Of a DNA stretch of 64,000 nt, positions 25,280-39,015 are shown piece by piece. The stretch's first letter is position 1. Each line of letters begins with the position of its first letter. The DNA is from Cetorhinus maximus (Eukaryota), in contig NC_135901.1 in NCBI RefSeq assembly GCF_964194155.1, forward strand, positions 22,010,001 to 22,074,000. Direction: 5' to 3'. Under the pieces are notes generated by a model, which ran no database searches, had not been told where the DNA came from, and saw nothing but the letters and a program-made list of their open reading frames with translations. The position numbers and the translations under genes were made by a program.

Positions 25280-25720
25280 ACCACGCATGCTCAGTCGCCA
25301 CAAAACATTCACCCCGACACTGCGTCCGAGCGCTGGGCTTCTGGGCCAGGCAGCCGCTGAGGGGCCGAATCACCGACGGAAAGTGAGGTTTCCCAAACCG
25401 AGTGAGCTTGAAGATGGGGTAGGGGTAGAGAGGCAGGCGGAGAGAGAGAATCAAATAAAATAAAATACAAATCTGAGAGTCCGACCGGGGCTAACGGGGC
25501 AGCAAGTGGAAGGTATGCAGCGTGAGCAGGGAACACCACGTGATCATTACAGGGTGATGACTGACGTTTGCTCCGACCAATACAGGGAGTGGGGCGGGAG
25601 GACCGAGAGGGCGGTAGGTCCTCCAACCAATTGCAGCCCGGTAATGGGGCGGGGCCTAGTGCGTATTGTGGAGCTCAGGTGCGCTGATGTGGATTGTGAG
25701 GCGCTGTCCCCAGGTGAGAG
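25280..25720. promoter_or_regulatory. CpG-rich promoter module, copy D
   Basis: cgcatgc, cacgtg E-box, CCAAT x2, dyad 25597-25625, ggggcggggc; plus-strand cagGTGAG donor at ~25714. Confidence 0.65.
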
Positions 25721-26017
25721 CAGCTGAGTCAGCACAGAGCTGGGACTGGAAGCTCAGGCTGTTCTGGGACAGGGGGCAGAGGGGGAGGGGCATCACAGCC
25801 AAATTACATATATAAATAAATGTTATATATAGAGAGATATGTATATACTTAATCCACAGGGGCATGGGGGTGATAGGTTAAAAATAATACAATAATTAAA
25901 GTGTTTCTTATAAATATATTATGTATTAATTATATTTAAAGTGTTTTATGTCTCCAGTTGTTCGAACGCAGACTCAGGGTTTCTGAGCTGCAGGAGCAGC
26001 TGGAGTTACTATGGGAC

Positions 26018-26930
26018 ATAAGAACTTAGGAGCAGGAGTGGACCATTCAATCCCTCGAGCCTTCTCTGCCATCCCACTGGATGATGGCTCATCTTCTACC
26101 TCAACATCATTTTCCTGCACTATCCCCATGTCCCTTGGTATCATTAGTATCGAGAAATCTATCGATCTCTGTCTTGAACATATTCGATGATTGAGCCTTC
26201 ACTGCCCTCTGGGGTAGAGAATTTCAAAGATTCACCACCCTCTGAGTGAAGAAATTCCTCCTCATCTCAGTACTAAATGACCTGCTCCTTATTCTGAGAC
26301 TATGTCCCCTGGTTCTAGGTGCCCAGCCAGGGTAAACATCCTTTCTGCATCTACTTTGTTGAGCCCCTTAAGAACATTGCAAGTTCAATGTGATCACCAC
26401 TCATTCTCCTAAACTCTAGAGAATACAGGTCCAGTCTCAATCAATCCTCATCAGGTAGAAGCTCAGCCATGATCCAGTGGGATGGCAGAGAAGGCTCGAG
26501 GGATTGAATGGTCCACTCCTGCTCCTATGTTCTTAAGTCGTAGTAACTTCTGCCACCCCAGGAATCAGTCTGGTGAACCTCCACTGCACCCCCTTTATGG
26601 CAATTATATCCTTCCTTAGGTAAGGAGACCAGAACTGTACACAATACTCCAGGTGTGCTCTAACCAAGGTTCTATACAACTGCAGCAAGACCTCTTTACT
26701 CCTGTACTCAAATCTCCTTGTGATAAAGGCAAATACACCATTTGCCTTCCTCATTGCTTCCTGCACCTGTATGTTAGCTTCCAGTGACTTATGAACAAGG
26801 ACAAGGACACCCAGGGCCCTTTGGCCATCAGCAATTCCCAATCTCTCACCATTTAAGGAATACTCTGCATGTTCCTCCTACCAAAGTGGATAACTTCACA
26901 TTCATCCACATTATATTCTATCTGCCATGT
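26018..26930 (-). mobile_element. CR1 LINE 3' part with an internal inverted copy of its own tail
   Basis: 'LLQLYRTLVRAHLEYCVQFWSPYLRKDI'; 26018-26100 is inverted at 26452-26535. Confidence 0.88.
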
Positions 26931-27689
26931 TATTACTCTCTATGGGAAGCGAGGCTGAGGATTTCCTGGAGCACATGCTCCAGTGGCAGAAGCTCTCCCG
27001 TCCCCGCAGGGAAGGAGAGATAGGAGAGATCACTGGAATAGTAAGCGGAGGCAGGTTGGGATCCTCCGGGAGTGGTAGGTGATGAGGCACTCTCAAAGCG
27101 GCTTTCAGGTGATGCTGAGGGTGTGGACACCTTGGGGGGATGAGGTGGGTACAGTGGAGGGGTGCGGAGTGGATTCTGGAGTGAATCCACGGCCCTACGA
27201 AAGGGTGCAAAAAAGTGTAGCAATTGTAGATGGATGGGCTCTGCCTCAACTGAGTTGGGGCCATGGTCTGTGTGGGTAGGTTAGGTAGAACTATGGGGGA
27301 GGGTTCAAATTAATTTTATAGGGTGTTGCAAAAAATTATTGCTTCTTCCACTGGGGTCACTTAAAGAAACACTTCCCCGATTATTCAGTTTTCTTTCCAA
27401 ACATTGGTGCATTGAAGTCGGGTTTTAATAACACCAGGAGATGGGAATGATACACGGCATGTCACCCTATGGTTATGGTCAGCCTGATAGTGCTCCCTCC
27501 CCACTCCCTGTATTATTATTTTACAGAAGCTGGACAGATTCCCACATGTGCCATTAGACATTTTGCAATTGGATTCATTCATCCTGCTTTTTTTTCCTAA
27601 CTTCTTGCTCTTTGCTCCCGGCTCTGTGAAGGTTCCCATGTGGTCAGCTCTCAGCAGCAGCTGGGTCAGCTTTACCCTCTCCTCTTCTT

Positions 27690-28640
27690 ATGCAGTCCCT
27701 TGGGATTGAAGGTGACTGGTTTACACTCTGTTCAATGGGTTCAGAGATGGGTAATAAATCCAATGGGCAATCAGGAGACTCTACCAAATGTGGGGCAGGT
27801 GGTACTTGAAGGGTTGGATAGATGGGGGGGTCTGGTGGTTTGTGCACTCCCCAATGCCTCGACTTCACCTCCACATGTTCCTGATATGTTCAGTGCCTTC
27901 CCGAATGAGTCTCCTCCGTTTTGGTCAGTCACAAGCCAGGGTCTCCCATGAGACTGCAGGAATGTTTGATCTCTCCAGAGATTCTTAGAGGACATCCCTG
28001 AATGTTTCTGCTGTCCTCCCGAGAGTCTCCTGCTGTGACTGAGTTCTGAATAGAGCAGTTGCTTTGGGAGTCTGGTGTCAGCCAGACAAATGACATGCCC
28101 TGCACAGTGGAGCTGGTTGAGAGCGATTAGCCCCTCGATGCTGGACAGGTTGACCTGGGAGAAGATCTTGCTGCAGTCCGCCTTCCTCCCATTGGATTTG
28201 GAGGACCTTGCACTGGCATCACTGGTGGGACTTCTCCAGTGCCTTGAGGTGCCTTTTATCAGTTGTCCAAGTCTCTGAAACATATGGCAGTGCGGGGAAT
28301 CAATGTAAACCATGACCTTAGTCTCAGGTTTGAGATCCTGGTCCTCAAATACTCTTTTCCTCAGTCGGGCGATGGCTGAGTGGGCACATTGTCTTTGTCT
28401 GTCTTTGCCAAGAGAAGGCTCCCAAGATGTGGAAAATGGTCCACACTTTCCAGGGTTTCACCATTGATCTTAATGGAGGGAGGGAGGCGCTCTGCTGTGG
28501 GAGCTGCTTGGAAGAGTTTTCCGAGTGTTAAATTAAAGGCCCATTTTCTCATCTGCTTTGGAGAAGAAATCGACAAAATAATCTGGAGCTCAGTTTCTGA
28601 TTGAGCGCAAACACACACACATACAAGCATCATCTGCTCC
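27690..28640 (-). mobile_element. RTE-clade LINE 3' fragment
   Basis: 'INGETLESVDHFPHLGS', 'LNQLHCAGHVICLADTRLPKQLLYSEL..GGQQK'. Confidence 0.85.
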
Positions 28641-28757
28641 AGTGCATCTATGTTTGCAATGTCACATTCAGCTCACATTTATAAAGCTACTTTCACGCAG
28701 TGAGAAACAACCCAAAAGACTTCATAGGAGCAACGACCCTGAACCGCATAAGGATAT

Positions 28758-28990
28758 ATGAGGATGTTAAACCGAGGGCCCCGTTTTCCCTCTCAGGAAG
28801 ATGTAAAAGATCCATTGGCCATTAATTTGAAGGAGAGCAGGGGGGTTCTTCCCGGTGAGAACAATATTTCACCCTCAACCAATCTGATTAAAAACAGATC
28901 ATCTCTGCTCATTATCACATTGCAGTTTGTGGAGGCTTACTGTGCACAAAGACAGCTTGAGATTTTGAGAGGCGCTATAGAAATGCAAAG
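28758..28990 (+). mobile_element. Deu-domain SINE fragment (duplicate of 24545-24780)
   Basis: gatgttaaaccgagggcccc..ctctcagg..aaaagatcca core with the same flanks as the 24545 copy. Confidence 0.75.
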
Positions 28991-29114
28991 TCTGTCACCT
29001 CCAGCCCAGTTACTGTAGTTAGCAGCAACATCAACAACACTTCCCCAATATCATAATTAACAAGGTTCATTCCTGAATCTGATAAAACAGCAGCAGAATC
29101 AAAGCAGTGCAGCC

Positions 29115-29988
29115 ACGTTTGAACTGGCTGGTGTTTCACCAGGTTGGATGATCGAGTGAATCCCTTCCCACAAATGGAGCAGGTGAATGATCTCTTCCCG
29201 TGTGCACCTGCTGGTGTCTCAGCAGGGTTGAGGACTCAGCAAATCCCTTTTTACACAGAGAGCAGATGAATGGCCTCTCCCTGGTGTGAACTCGCTGGTG
29301 TCGCAGCAGGTTGGATGCTTGAGTGAATCTCTTCTCACAAACGGGGCAGCTGAAGGGCCTCTCCCTGGTATGAATTTGCTGGTGTCTCAGTAGGTGAGAG
29401 ATTTGAGTGAATCTTTCCCCACACTTGGGGCAGGTGAACGGTCTCTCCCCTGTGTGAACTCGCTGGTGTTTCAGCAGGTCGGATGAATCAGAAAATCCCC
29501 TCCCACACACAGAGCAAGTGAAGGGTCTCTCCCCAGTGTGAACTTTATGGTGTCTCAGCAGGTGGGAAAATCGAGTGTATCCCTTCCCACACATGGAGCA
29601 GATGAACAGTCTCTCTTCACTGTGAACTTGCTGGTGTGACCGCAGATTGAAAGATCGAACGATCTCTTCCCACACACAGAGCAGGTAAACCGCCTCTCTC
29701 CGGTGTGAATGCGTCGATGAGTTTCCAGCTCAGAGGGGTAACTGAACCCCTTCCCGCAGTCTCCACATTTACATGGCCTCTCCCTATTTTGGATACATTT
29801 GTGCCTCCCCAGGTCATACGCTCAGTTGAATCCACGTCCACACACAGAACATGTGTATGGTTTGTCCATGCGGTATATGCTGCTCCCCCCTTCCATATTG
29901 CCAATGACCTTCACGTCCTGATGAATCACGTGACGCGGTCACATTGACTAGATATTTGATCTGAGTTTCCCATCTGTAAACCCTCTCC
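29115..29988 (-). pseudogene. C2H2 ZNF gene with frameshifts (~9 fingers)
   Basis: ORF 29136-29675 contains 5 complete fingers; frame breaks near 29670 and 29195; acceptor ttttacag at 29989. Confidence 0.85.
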
Positions 29989-30149
29989 CTGTAAAACAAG
30001 TTTACATCGGTAATAACTTTATAAAAGAAATGCAGGAAAAATTCAGGATTTCAAATTTTCTTACTTTACTTCTTTCTTACTTTGATTGCTCGAAAACCCG
30101 CGCTTCCTCCCTCTCCATTGAAATCGATCTCTTTCTCACACTGTCATTT

Positions 30150-30290
30150 CCCTTTTAATCACAAGTGAACATCGGCACGGCAAGGGGGCGGGGCCTCGTG
30201 CGGAGATCAGGTGCGCTGGAGGCCGATTGTGACGTTGGCTCGGGAACCTGCAGATGCTGCAAAAGCTGAGCCAGCATCGAACTTGGTCCC
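30150..30290. promoter_or_regulatory. CpG-rich GC-box promoter-like segment
   Basis: ggggcggggcctcgtgcggagatcaggtgcgctg is homologous to 25645-25700. Confidence 0.5.
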
Positions 30291-31877
30291 AGATGATCAG
30301 GGAGCTGGGTTTATCCTCCACCCTCCTTTTGTTGAACAAGGATGTGACATTTGTAATGATCCAGTCCTCTGACACCACTCCATGTGTCTAAGGAGGATTG
30401 ATAAGATAATGGCAAGTGCCTCTGCAATTTTAGCCCTACCTTCCCTCAGCATCCTTGGATACCTGTTTACTCACTTGAAGAGAGAACAGGAAGAAAACAG
30501 AGAATGCTGGAAAAACTCAGCAGGTCTGACAGCATCTGAGGAGAGAGAAACACAGTCAACGTTTCGAGCCAGTATGATATCCCAACTTTTAAAAAATATA
30601 TATTTATTTTTCCTTCTGAAACCCTCCTCCTGGGCCTGGCTTTCACATTTACAAACTACAACTGGAACAACAATAACCAAAGAGAGAAAGGAAAGTTAAA
30701 TCCTTTCCAAAGGCTTTCTTCCTCTTTCATATTTGTCCAATCAATTATTTTGTGAGCAAAGCTTAGAGATTTGGAGCAAAAAGTGAAAAAATATTGTGGG
30801 GGAAATCCAGTTTTTTTCTGTTCCCCTTTGATTTTTCTTTAGCTGTTGCTGCTACGGAAGTCTCTGTCTGTATACAAGCTGTTTTGGCTGTCGTTATGTG
30901 TGTCTTTGCTTCTTAAAAACAAAGTGTTGGTGGGTGGAAAAAGTCAGGATTCAGTCGATGCAGAAGAGCCCAATGTTCCGGTCCTTGAGTTTGCTTTAAT
31001 ATCAGTCACTGGAGGAGGTGAATGGGGAAGGGGGTAGGTGAATGAAGGAAAACTGTTTAATGGCTGTTGGACTCGTGGCCGCCTGCTCAAGATTGAGTCT
31101 CTCGTTTCTTTGATATCCTTTAATGGAGATGTAGAGCATGTTTGCAAGTTGCTGCTTCATGAACTGATGGTTTTCTAACATAAATCTTTTGAATTGAGGA
31201 GCCCCTGAAAACCAAAAAGTAACTCCTGAAATTCAAGAAGTAGCCCTCAAGAAAAGTAAATTATTTTGACCCCTGCCACACATCATCCTGACTTGGAACT
31301 ATTTTACCATCTGTTCACTGTTGCTGGGTCAAAATCCTCAGACTCCCTTCATAACAGCTCTAACCTACAGCACATGGACTGCAGCAGTTGAAGGTGGCAG
31401 CTCACCACCACTTTCTCAAGAGGCAGTTAAGGATGGGCAATATATGCCAGCCTTGTCAGTGACACACATCCTGAGAATGGATTTAAAAAACAAACTAACC
31501 ACGAGGTTCTGCTAACATTCTGGCGAGTCTGCATTGCATTCCTTCCATGGTGAGTATATCCAATTGAAATTATGGTGCCCAGAACTGTAACAATACTGCG
31601 GATTTTCAACTTCAGGCTAGATTTGTCTTCTCCATCATGCCTATGTTACCCACTTTGTCCTCATTTAGTGCAAAGGCAGATGCATTGATTTTTCTACAGA
31701 CACATATACAGAATATGAAATTGCTGCCTGCTTTTTTGGAGATTGTCAGCATCAACAAATCCCACCCAACCCCACCCCACCACCCCCATCCCATAATCAC
31801 CATAATTAATATGGATCAATCCTGATACAAAATCAAAACATTGAGGATGCTGGAGATGTGAAATGAAGTCAGATAAT

Positions 31878-32410
31878 GCTTAGGCAGTCCCTCAGGATCG
31901 AGGATGACTTGCTTCCTCTCCAGTTTGATGGGTTCTGTGATGGCTGATAAGTCCAATGTGCGATCTGCAGACTCTGCCACAGAAGTGTTGTGGAGATGGG
32001 GTGTTTGGAGGTTTGTGCGCACCCTCAGGTGCCTCAACTTTGCCTCTGCAGATTCCTGACTAAGTCTCTCAATGCATTTAGTGCCTTCCCAGGTGAGCCT
32101 TCTCCATTTTGACCAGTCACAAGCCAGGGTCTCACATGAGTCTGCAGGGATGTTTGAGCTCTTCAGAGACACTTTAAGGAGATTCCTGAAGTGTTTCCAC
32201 TGTCCTCCTGGAACTCTCCTGACGTGACCGAATTCTGAGTAGTGCAGTTGCTTCAGGGACCTGGTGTCAGGAATACAAACAACATGTCTTGCCCAGGGGA
32301 GTTGGTTTTGAGTGATTAGCCCCTCGATGCTGGCTGAGTTGGCTTGGGAGAGGACGCTGCTGGTGGATCACCTATTTTGCCACTGGATTTGGAGGATCTT
32401 GTGAAGATCT
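31878..32410 (-). mobile_element. RTE-clade LINE 3' end
   Basis: 'SLKSSNIPADSCETLACDWSKWRRL'; RTE tail tcctcgatcctgagggactgcctaag; same family as 27690-28640. Confidence 0.85.
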
Positions 32411-32734
32411 TGCAGAGAAACTGTTCCCACTGATGGGAGGATTTAGGACCAGACGGCAGATTTAAGGTAAATCAAAGGCGAGGAAATGTTTCTCACACAG
32501 CGAGTGGTTAGGATCTGGATACACTGTCTGAGAGGCTAGTGGAGGAGGTTCAATGGAGGCTTTCAAAAAGGAGTTAGACTGTTATCTGAAAAGGAAGAAT
32601 GTTCAGGGTTACGGGGAGAAGTCAGGGAAATGGCATTAAGAGAATTGTTTATTTGGAGAGCTGGTGTGGCCACGATGGACCGAATGGCCTCCTTCTGTGC
32701 TGTAACACTGCTGTGATTCTGTGACTGTTGCAGT

Positions 32735-33600
<866 letters not shown>

Positions 33601-34429
33601 TAAACAAGTTCGTATCAGCTAAGTTCAACAGATAAATTCAGAATGGACAATTTACTATCTCAAATTTTTAAAGGGTCATGTGATCATAAGAAATGAGGAG
33701 GAGTAGGCCAATTGGCCCATCAGGTCTGCTCTGCCATGCAATAAGATCCTGCCTGATCTTCACTCCACTTTCATTAAGTGAGTAGGCAACAGAGTTTTAG
33801 GGGCTATGGGAGGGTATAGGGAGAGGGGTGAGGAGACCATGGGGAGGGATTTGAAAACAAGGATAAGAATTTCATAATCAAGGCGATTCTGGACTGGGAG
33901 GTCAGTGTCAGTCAGCAAGAACAGAGGGCGATTGGCAAGCGAGTGAGGACACTCTCATTGTCACCTGTCCCTTGAGCCCCCATGGCACAGAGAGCAATGG
34001 TGTCCCTTTAAATGTTGAATGATTACCCCAAGATGACACTGCACCTTTTACTTGCAAAGCAACTCCCTCCCTAATAGTACTGTGTGTGTACCCACACCAC
34101 ATGGGTCTGCAGCGGTTGGATGTTGGATAAGCAGTTTGATAATTTAGGAACAGTGGAGAAATGGAGAGGGATGGTGGTGAGGTAGAGCTCCTGTAGCCTG
34201 AATAGAGCACATTCCCATCCGCAAGGTATATTGGTTAATAGCAGCGCCATTGAACCGTCGAAATGTCCTCCAAACTGTCCCTCCTCCCTACTGATTGTAA
34301 CCCGAATTAAATTTCCCCAATTTCCTCCTCTGAAGATGCGGACTCTATAGATCAGTTTCAGTCATCTATTGGCCTCCACAATATGTCACCTAGGTGTCTA
34401 AATCCTTATGCCAAAAGTCAACAAACCGC

Positions 34430-34940
34430 TTCGTCACAGTCAAATCCGGTGAAGACCCACATGCACTTTGTGTCAGGCTCACATCCTGCTCCGGAATGGC
34501 GGCCTTGGCTCCCACAAACCACCGCGGAGGGGAAATTGCTCTGTCCGCCGTGCAAGCGAGCTGGCCGGGACAGCGCATGTGCTGTGCATGAGCGGAGATG
34601 CGAGAGCTGCGCATGTAAGGAAATACGGCAGACTGCGCATGTACAGAGAGAGCTGGGGATCAGAAGAAAAGCCGAGCTCTGATTGAATGGAGGACCCGAG
34701 CCCTTTCGGTCTTACAGCTGTTCTCATTGGCCAATAGCTCAGAGCGTCTCGAGATCAAAGTCTCTCAGGCGGGTCGTGTTTAGGTTCCTCACTGACGTCA
34801 TTCCGGGAAATGACCAATGGAGAGCACTGGAGGACCGGAAGCAAACTAGTCCTCCAGCCAATCAGAGCACGGACCTGGTACAAATGGCGATTTGACTTCA
34901 ACGACGTGAAAACTTCTTCCTGTGCTCAACATCTGTGAGT
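34430..34940. promoter_or_regulatory. Bidirectional CpG promoter plus first exon (donor at 34935)
   Basis: Three GCGCATG, CRE tgacgtca, several CCAAT/ATTGG, dyad 34828-34856, YY1-like caaatggcg, donor atctGTGAGT; lies between divergent ZNF loci. Confidence 0.75.
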
Positions 34941-36128
34941 AAAACGGTTTCTTTTCGTCCCCTTTCCATTTCTTTGCTGATTTTTGGTTTATTTATGTTG
35001 ATTTTAGTTTGGTTGTTACAGTAAAAGTTTTTATAAAATGAAATCTTGCCCTCGGTGTTTGAGAATTTGTTTATTTTAAAGTGATCAGTCTCCATGAGGA
35101 TCGTAACAACATCAATATGTCTAGCATTGTTATATTATACATATTAGACATATTATTTATGCTTCTATAATAAAGTACATTTATTATTTCTTGTCTTGGT
35201 CTATAGTACTGTAGCTACGCTATATATTTCCAATCATAGAGTCATTATGGCACAGAAAGTATCCAATCAGCCACTTGAGTCCATGCCGACTCTCTGTGGA
35301 GTGATCCTGTTAGCCCCATTACCTCGCTATATCCCCATTCCTCTGCAAATTTACTTCCTTCAAGTGCCCATCCAATTTTGTTTTGAAACCGTTCACCTTG
35401 GCATCCACCAGCCTCATAGGCAGCAAGTTCCACTCGCTGCTTAAATAAGGTTTAGTCCTCACATTCTCCCCTGTATGTCTAATCAATTAATGTCGTAGTG
35501 TATTTTGCACAAATTTTGAGTCCAGTAATATCAATATATGAAATATATCCATGGCAAACAGCCTGCATGAAGATTTACTTTTCTTTGAGCCCAGGGCAGA
35601 AAATGGTGAATTGGGAGGGTGTATATTTGGTACAACAGAGAGAATGGAGGGAGTGTGTGTGTGGGGTGGAGATTTACAGCTTCAGGGGAACAAGAGATGA
35701 AAAAATGATCCATAGAAGCTAGAATTGTCTGTTCAGTGTTGACTTTTGTAACTCCTTTTGCAGGATGTTAGAAGGGGCGGATCTACAGATAGAAATCTCA
35801 AACCAAACATCACATCAAGACCTGAGGGAGCCACTCGATTCATCGGGACTTGAATTTCATTGACCATTGATTCTGGAAGGAGAAATGTTTGTCTGTTCTG
35901 TCTGCTTCAAAAGGTCTGGAACATCACTGTGACTGGAAAAGCATCGAGACACGCACACACATACACACACACACCCCTACATGAGAGTTTCCAGTTCACT
36001 TACTGTGAAAACAGCTTTACACAACCTGGGATAACATTCACAGCGGTGAGAGACCAAGCAATTGTTCTGTATGTGGACGAAGCTTGAACTGAACATCAAA
36101 ACAGAGGAGACAAAAGGATATGTGCACC

Positions 36129-36887
36129 ATGGAGAAACCGTGGAAATGTGGGGACTGTGGGAAGGGATTCCATTCCCCATCTGCGCTGGAGACGCACCGA
36201 CGTGTTCACACTGGGGACCGGCCTTTCACCTGCTCTGAGTGTGGGAAGGGTTACACTCAGTTATCTGGCCTGCTGCAACACCAGCGAGTTCACACTGGGG
36301 AGTGTCCATTCACCTGCTCTGTGTGTGGGATGGACTTTACTCAGTTATCCAGCCTGCAGACACATAATCGTGTTCACACTGGAGAGAAACCGTTCACGTG
36401 CTCTGTGTGTGGTAAGGGCTTCCGTCATTCATCCAGCCTGCAGAAGCACCGGCGATTTCACACCAGGGAGAAGCCGTTCACCTGCTCCATCTGTGGGAAG
36501 GGATTCAGTCAGTCATCCAGCCTGCTGAGACACCATGGCAGTCACACCAATGAGAGACCTTTCAAATGCTCTGACTGTGGGGGTGGCTTTAAGAACTCTG
36601 AGGAACTAATGGCCCACCAGCGCATTCACACTGAGGAGAGACCGTTCTACTGCTCTCACTGCACAAAGCGGTTTAGAACGTCATCCAGCCTGAGCAGACA
36701 CCAGCGAATCCACACGGGGGACAAGCCATTCATCTGCTCAGTGTGTGGGAAGGGATTCACTCAGTCATCCACCTTAGTAACACACAAGCGAGTTCATACT
36801 GGGGAGAGGCCATTCACCTGCTCCATGTGTGGGAAGGGATTCACTCAGTCAACCCACCTGCTGACACACCAGCGAGTTCACAAGTGA
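36129..36887 (+). CDS. Intact 9-finger C2H2 zinc-finger protein (no KRAB seen)
   Basis: accATGG start; 9 CX2CX12HX3H fingers with TGE(R/K)P-type linkers; no stops; acceptor at 35763; AATAAA at ~37157. Confidence 0.9.
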   Translation: MEKPWKCGDCGKGFHSPSALETHRRVHTGDRPFTCSECGKGYTQLSGLLQHQRVHTGECPFTCSVCGMDFTQLSSLQTHNRVHTGEKPFTCSVCGKGFRHSSSLQKHRRFHTREKPFTCSICGKGFSQSSSLLRHHGSHTNERPFKCSDCGGGFKNSEELMAHQRIHTEERPFYCSHCTKRFRTSSSLSRHQRIHTGDKPFICSVCGKGFTQSSTLVTHKRVHTGERPFTCSMCGKGFTQSTHLLTHQRVHK

Positions 36888-37182
36888 TTACAGGGGTTGG
36901 ATTCTGCTGTTATTGCTGCTATTAATCACATCCAGGACTGAACCATGTTCATTCTGACAGTTGGTGAAGTGGGAGGGTCGGAGGATTTCTTTCTGCTGGA
37001 CTGGCCGGTCATTCAACTTTGCCTCCAGTGGGCTGATGCTCTTTGAGCCTGGGAGTGCACATTTCCACTGCAATTATCCACAAAAGCTGATGAAGGACAC
37101 TTATTTCATCCAGGGTAGTAAATAGTGTTTCGCCCACCACTACAGGTAGATCTAAAATAAATAAATTTGTCTCTGTTCCATT

Positions 37183-39015
37183 GACTGGTAAAAGTAGGGA
37201 AAATCCCAAGATGTTCTATAAGTATATCAATGGGAAGAGGATAACCAGGGAAAGAGTAGGGCCCATTCGGGACCAAGGGAGCAATCTATGGGTGGAGCCA
37301 GAGGACATCGGTAGAAGGTTGAACGAATACTTCACATCAGTCTTCACCCAAGAGAATGAGGATGAAGGTATGGAACTCGGGGAGAGAGACTGCGAGGTTC
37401 TTGAGAAAATTGATATAGGGTGTGACAAGGTATTGGAGGTGTTGGCAGGCTTAAAAGTGGACATATCTCCAGGTCCAGATGATTTGTGTCCCAGATTGCG
37501 GAGGGAGGCAAGGGAGGAGATCACAGGGGCTCTGACCCAAATTTTTAATTCCTCTCTGGCCATGGGGGAGGAGCCTGAGGACTGGAGAACAGCTAATGTG
37601 GTTCTGCTATTTAAGATAAGCCAGGGAACTACAGACCAGTGAGTCTCACATCAGTGGTAGGGAAACTATTGGAGAATATTCTGAAGGAGAGAATCTATCT
37701 CCACTTGGAGAGGCAAGGTTTGATCAGGGATAGTCAGCATGTCTTTGTCAGAGGGAGGTCATGCCTAGCAAATTCGATTGAATTTTTTGAGGAGGTGACC
37801 AGGTGTGTCGATGAGGGTAGTGCAGTTGATGTAGTTTATATGGATTTCAGCAAAGCCTTTGACAAGATCCCACATGGGCAACTTATAAAGAAGGCAAAAG
37901 CACATGGGATACAGGGGAATTTGATAAGGTGGATTCAAAATTGGCTTAGTTGTAGGAGACAGAGTTTGATGACAGAAGGATGCTTTAGTGACTGGAATCC
38001 AGTGTCCAGGGGCACAACACAGGGATCTGTGCTGGGTCCCCTATTATTCGTAATTCATGTAAACAACATAGGTGACTATGTGGGGGGTAGGATTAGTAAG
38101 TTTGCGGATGACACAAAGATTGGCCAGGTGGTTAACAGTGAGGTTGAGTGTCTTGGGCTACAGGAAGATATAGACGGGATGGTCAAATGGGCAGATAAGT
38201 GGCAGATGGAATTTAACCCTGAAAAGTGTGAGGTGATACACTTTGGAAGGAGTAATATGTCAAGGAAGTATTCAATGAATGGCATGACTCTAGGAAGTTC
38301 TGAGAAACAAAGGAACCTTGGCGTGTGTGTCCATAGATCTCTGAAGGTGGAGGGGCATGTTAGTGGGGTGGTGAAAAAGGCATATGGGACACTTGCCTTT
38401 ATCAATCAAGGCATAGATTACAAAAGTAGGGAAGACATTCTGGAGTTGTATAGAACCTTGGTGAGGCCACAGCTGGAGTACTGTGTGCAGTTCTTGTCAT
38501 CACATTATAGGAAGGATGTGATTGCACTGGAGGGGGTGCAGAGGAGATTCACCAGGATGTTGCCTGGGATGAAACATTTAAGTTATGAAGAGAGGTTGGA
38601 TAGACTTGGGTTGTTTTCGTTGGAGCAGAGAAGACTGAGGGGCAACCTGATCGAGGTGTACAAGATTATGAGGGGCATGGACAGGGTGGATAGGGAGCAG
38701 CTGTTTCCCCTTAATTGAAGGGTCAGTTACGAGGGGACACAAGTTCAAGGTGAGGGGCAGGAGGTTTAGGGGGGATATGAGGAAAACCTTTTTTACTCAG
38801 AGGCTGGTGACGGTTTGGAACGCGCTGCCTGGGAGGGTGGTGGATGAGGGTTGCCTCACATCCTTTAAAAAGTACCTGGATGACCACTTGGCATGTCATA
38901 ACATTCAAGGCTATGGGCCAAGTGCTTGTAAATGGGATTAGGTAGGTCAGGTGTTTCTCGTGTCGGTGCAGACTCGATGGGCCAAAGGGCCTCTTCTGCA
39001 CTCTGATTCTGTGAT
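37183..39015 (+). mobile_element. Young 5'-truncated CR1 LINE (ORF2 RT, one frame break)
   Basis: ORFs 37181-37642 and 37639-38718 with 'YMDFSKAFDK', 'QGSVLGP', 'KFADDTK', 'RPQLEYCVQF'; ctgattctgtgattct tail. Confidence 0.95.

Noticed and set aside
30600-31260. Unassigned unique segment with short ORFs
   Set aside because: No recognisable motif, termini or paralog in the window, so no call can be supported.
36148-36528. Alternative-frame ORFs over ZNF arrays (also 46617-46877, 52030-52494 and similar)
   Set aside because: Shadow frames of the 84-bp finger repeat; no independent evidence of coding.
37080-37125. ctgatga in the ZNF 3'UTR as a hammerhead or C/D snoRNA box
   Set aside because: No properly placed GAAA or stems, and no box D with a terminal stem.
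37639-38718. 359-aa RT ORF as a host gene or active element
   Set aside because: 5'-truncated CR1 copy lacking the endonuclease, with a frame break near 37640.
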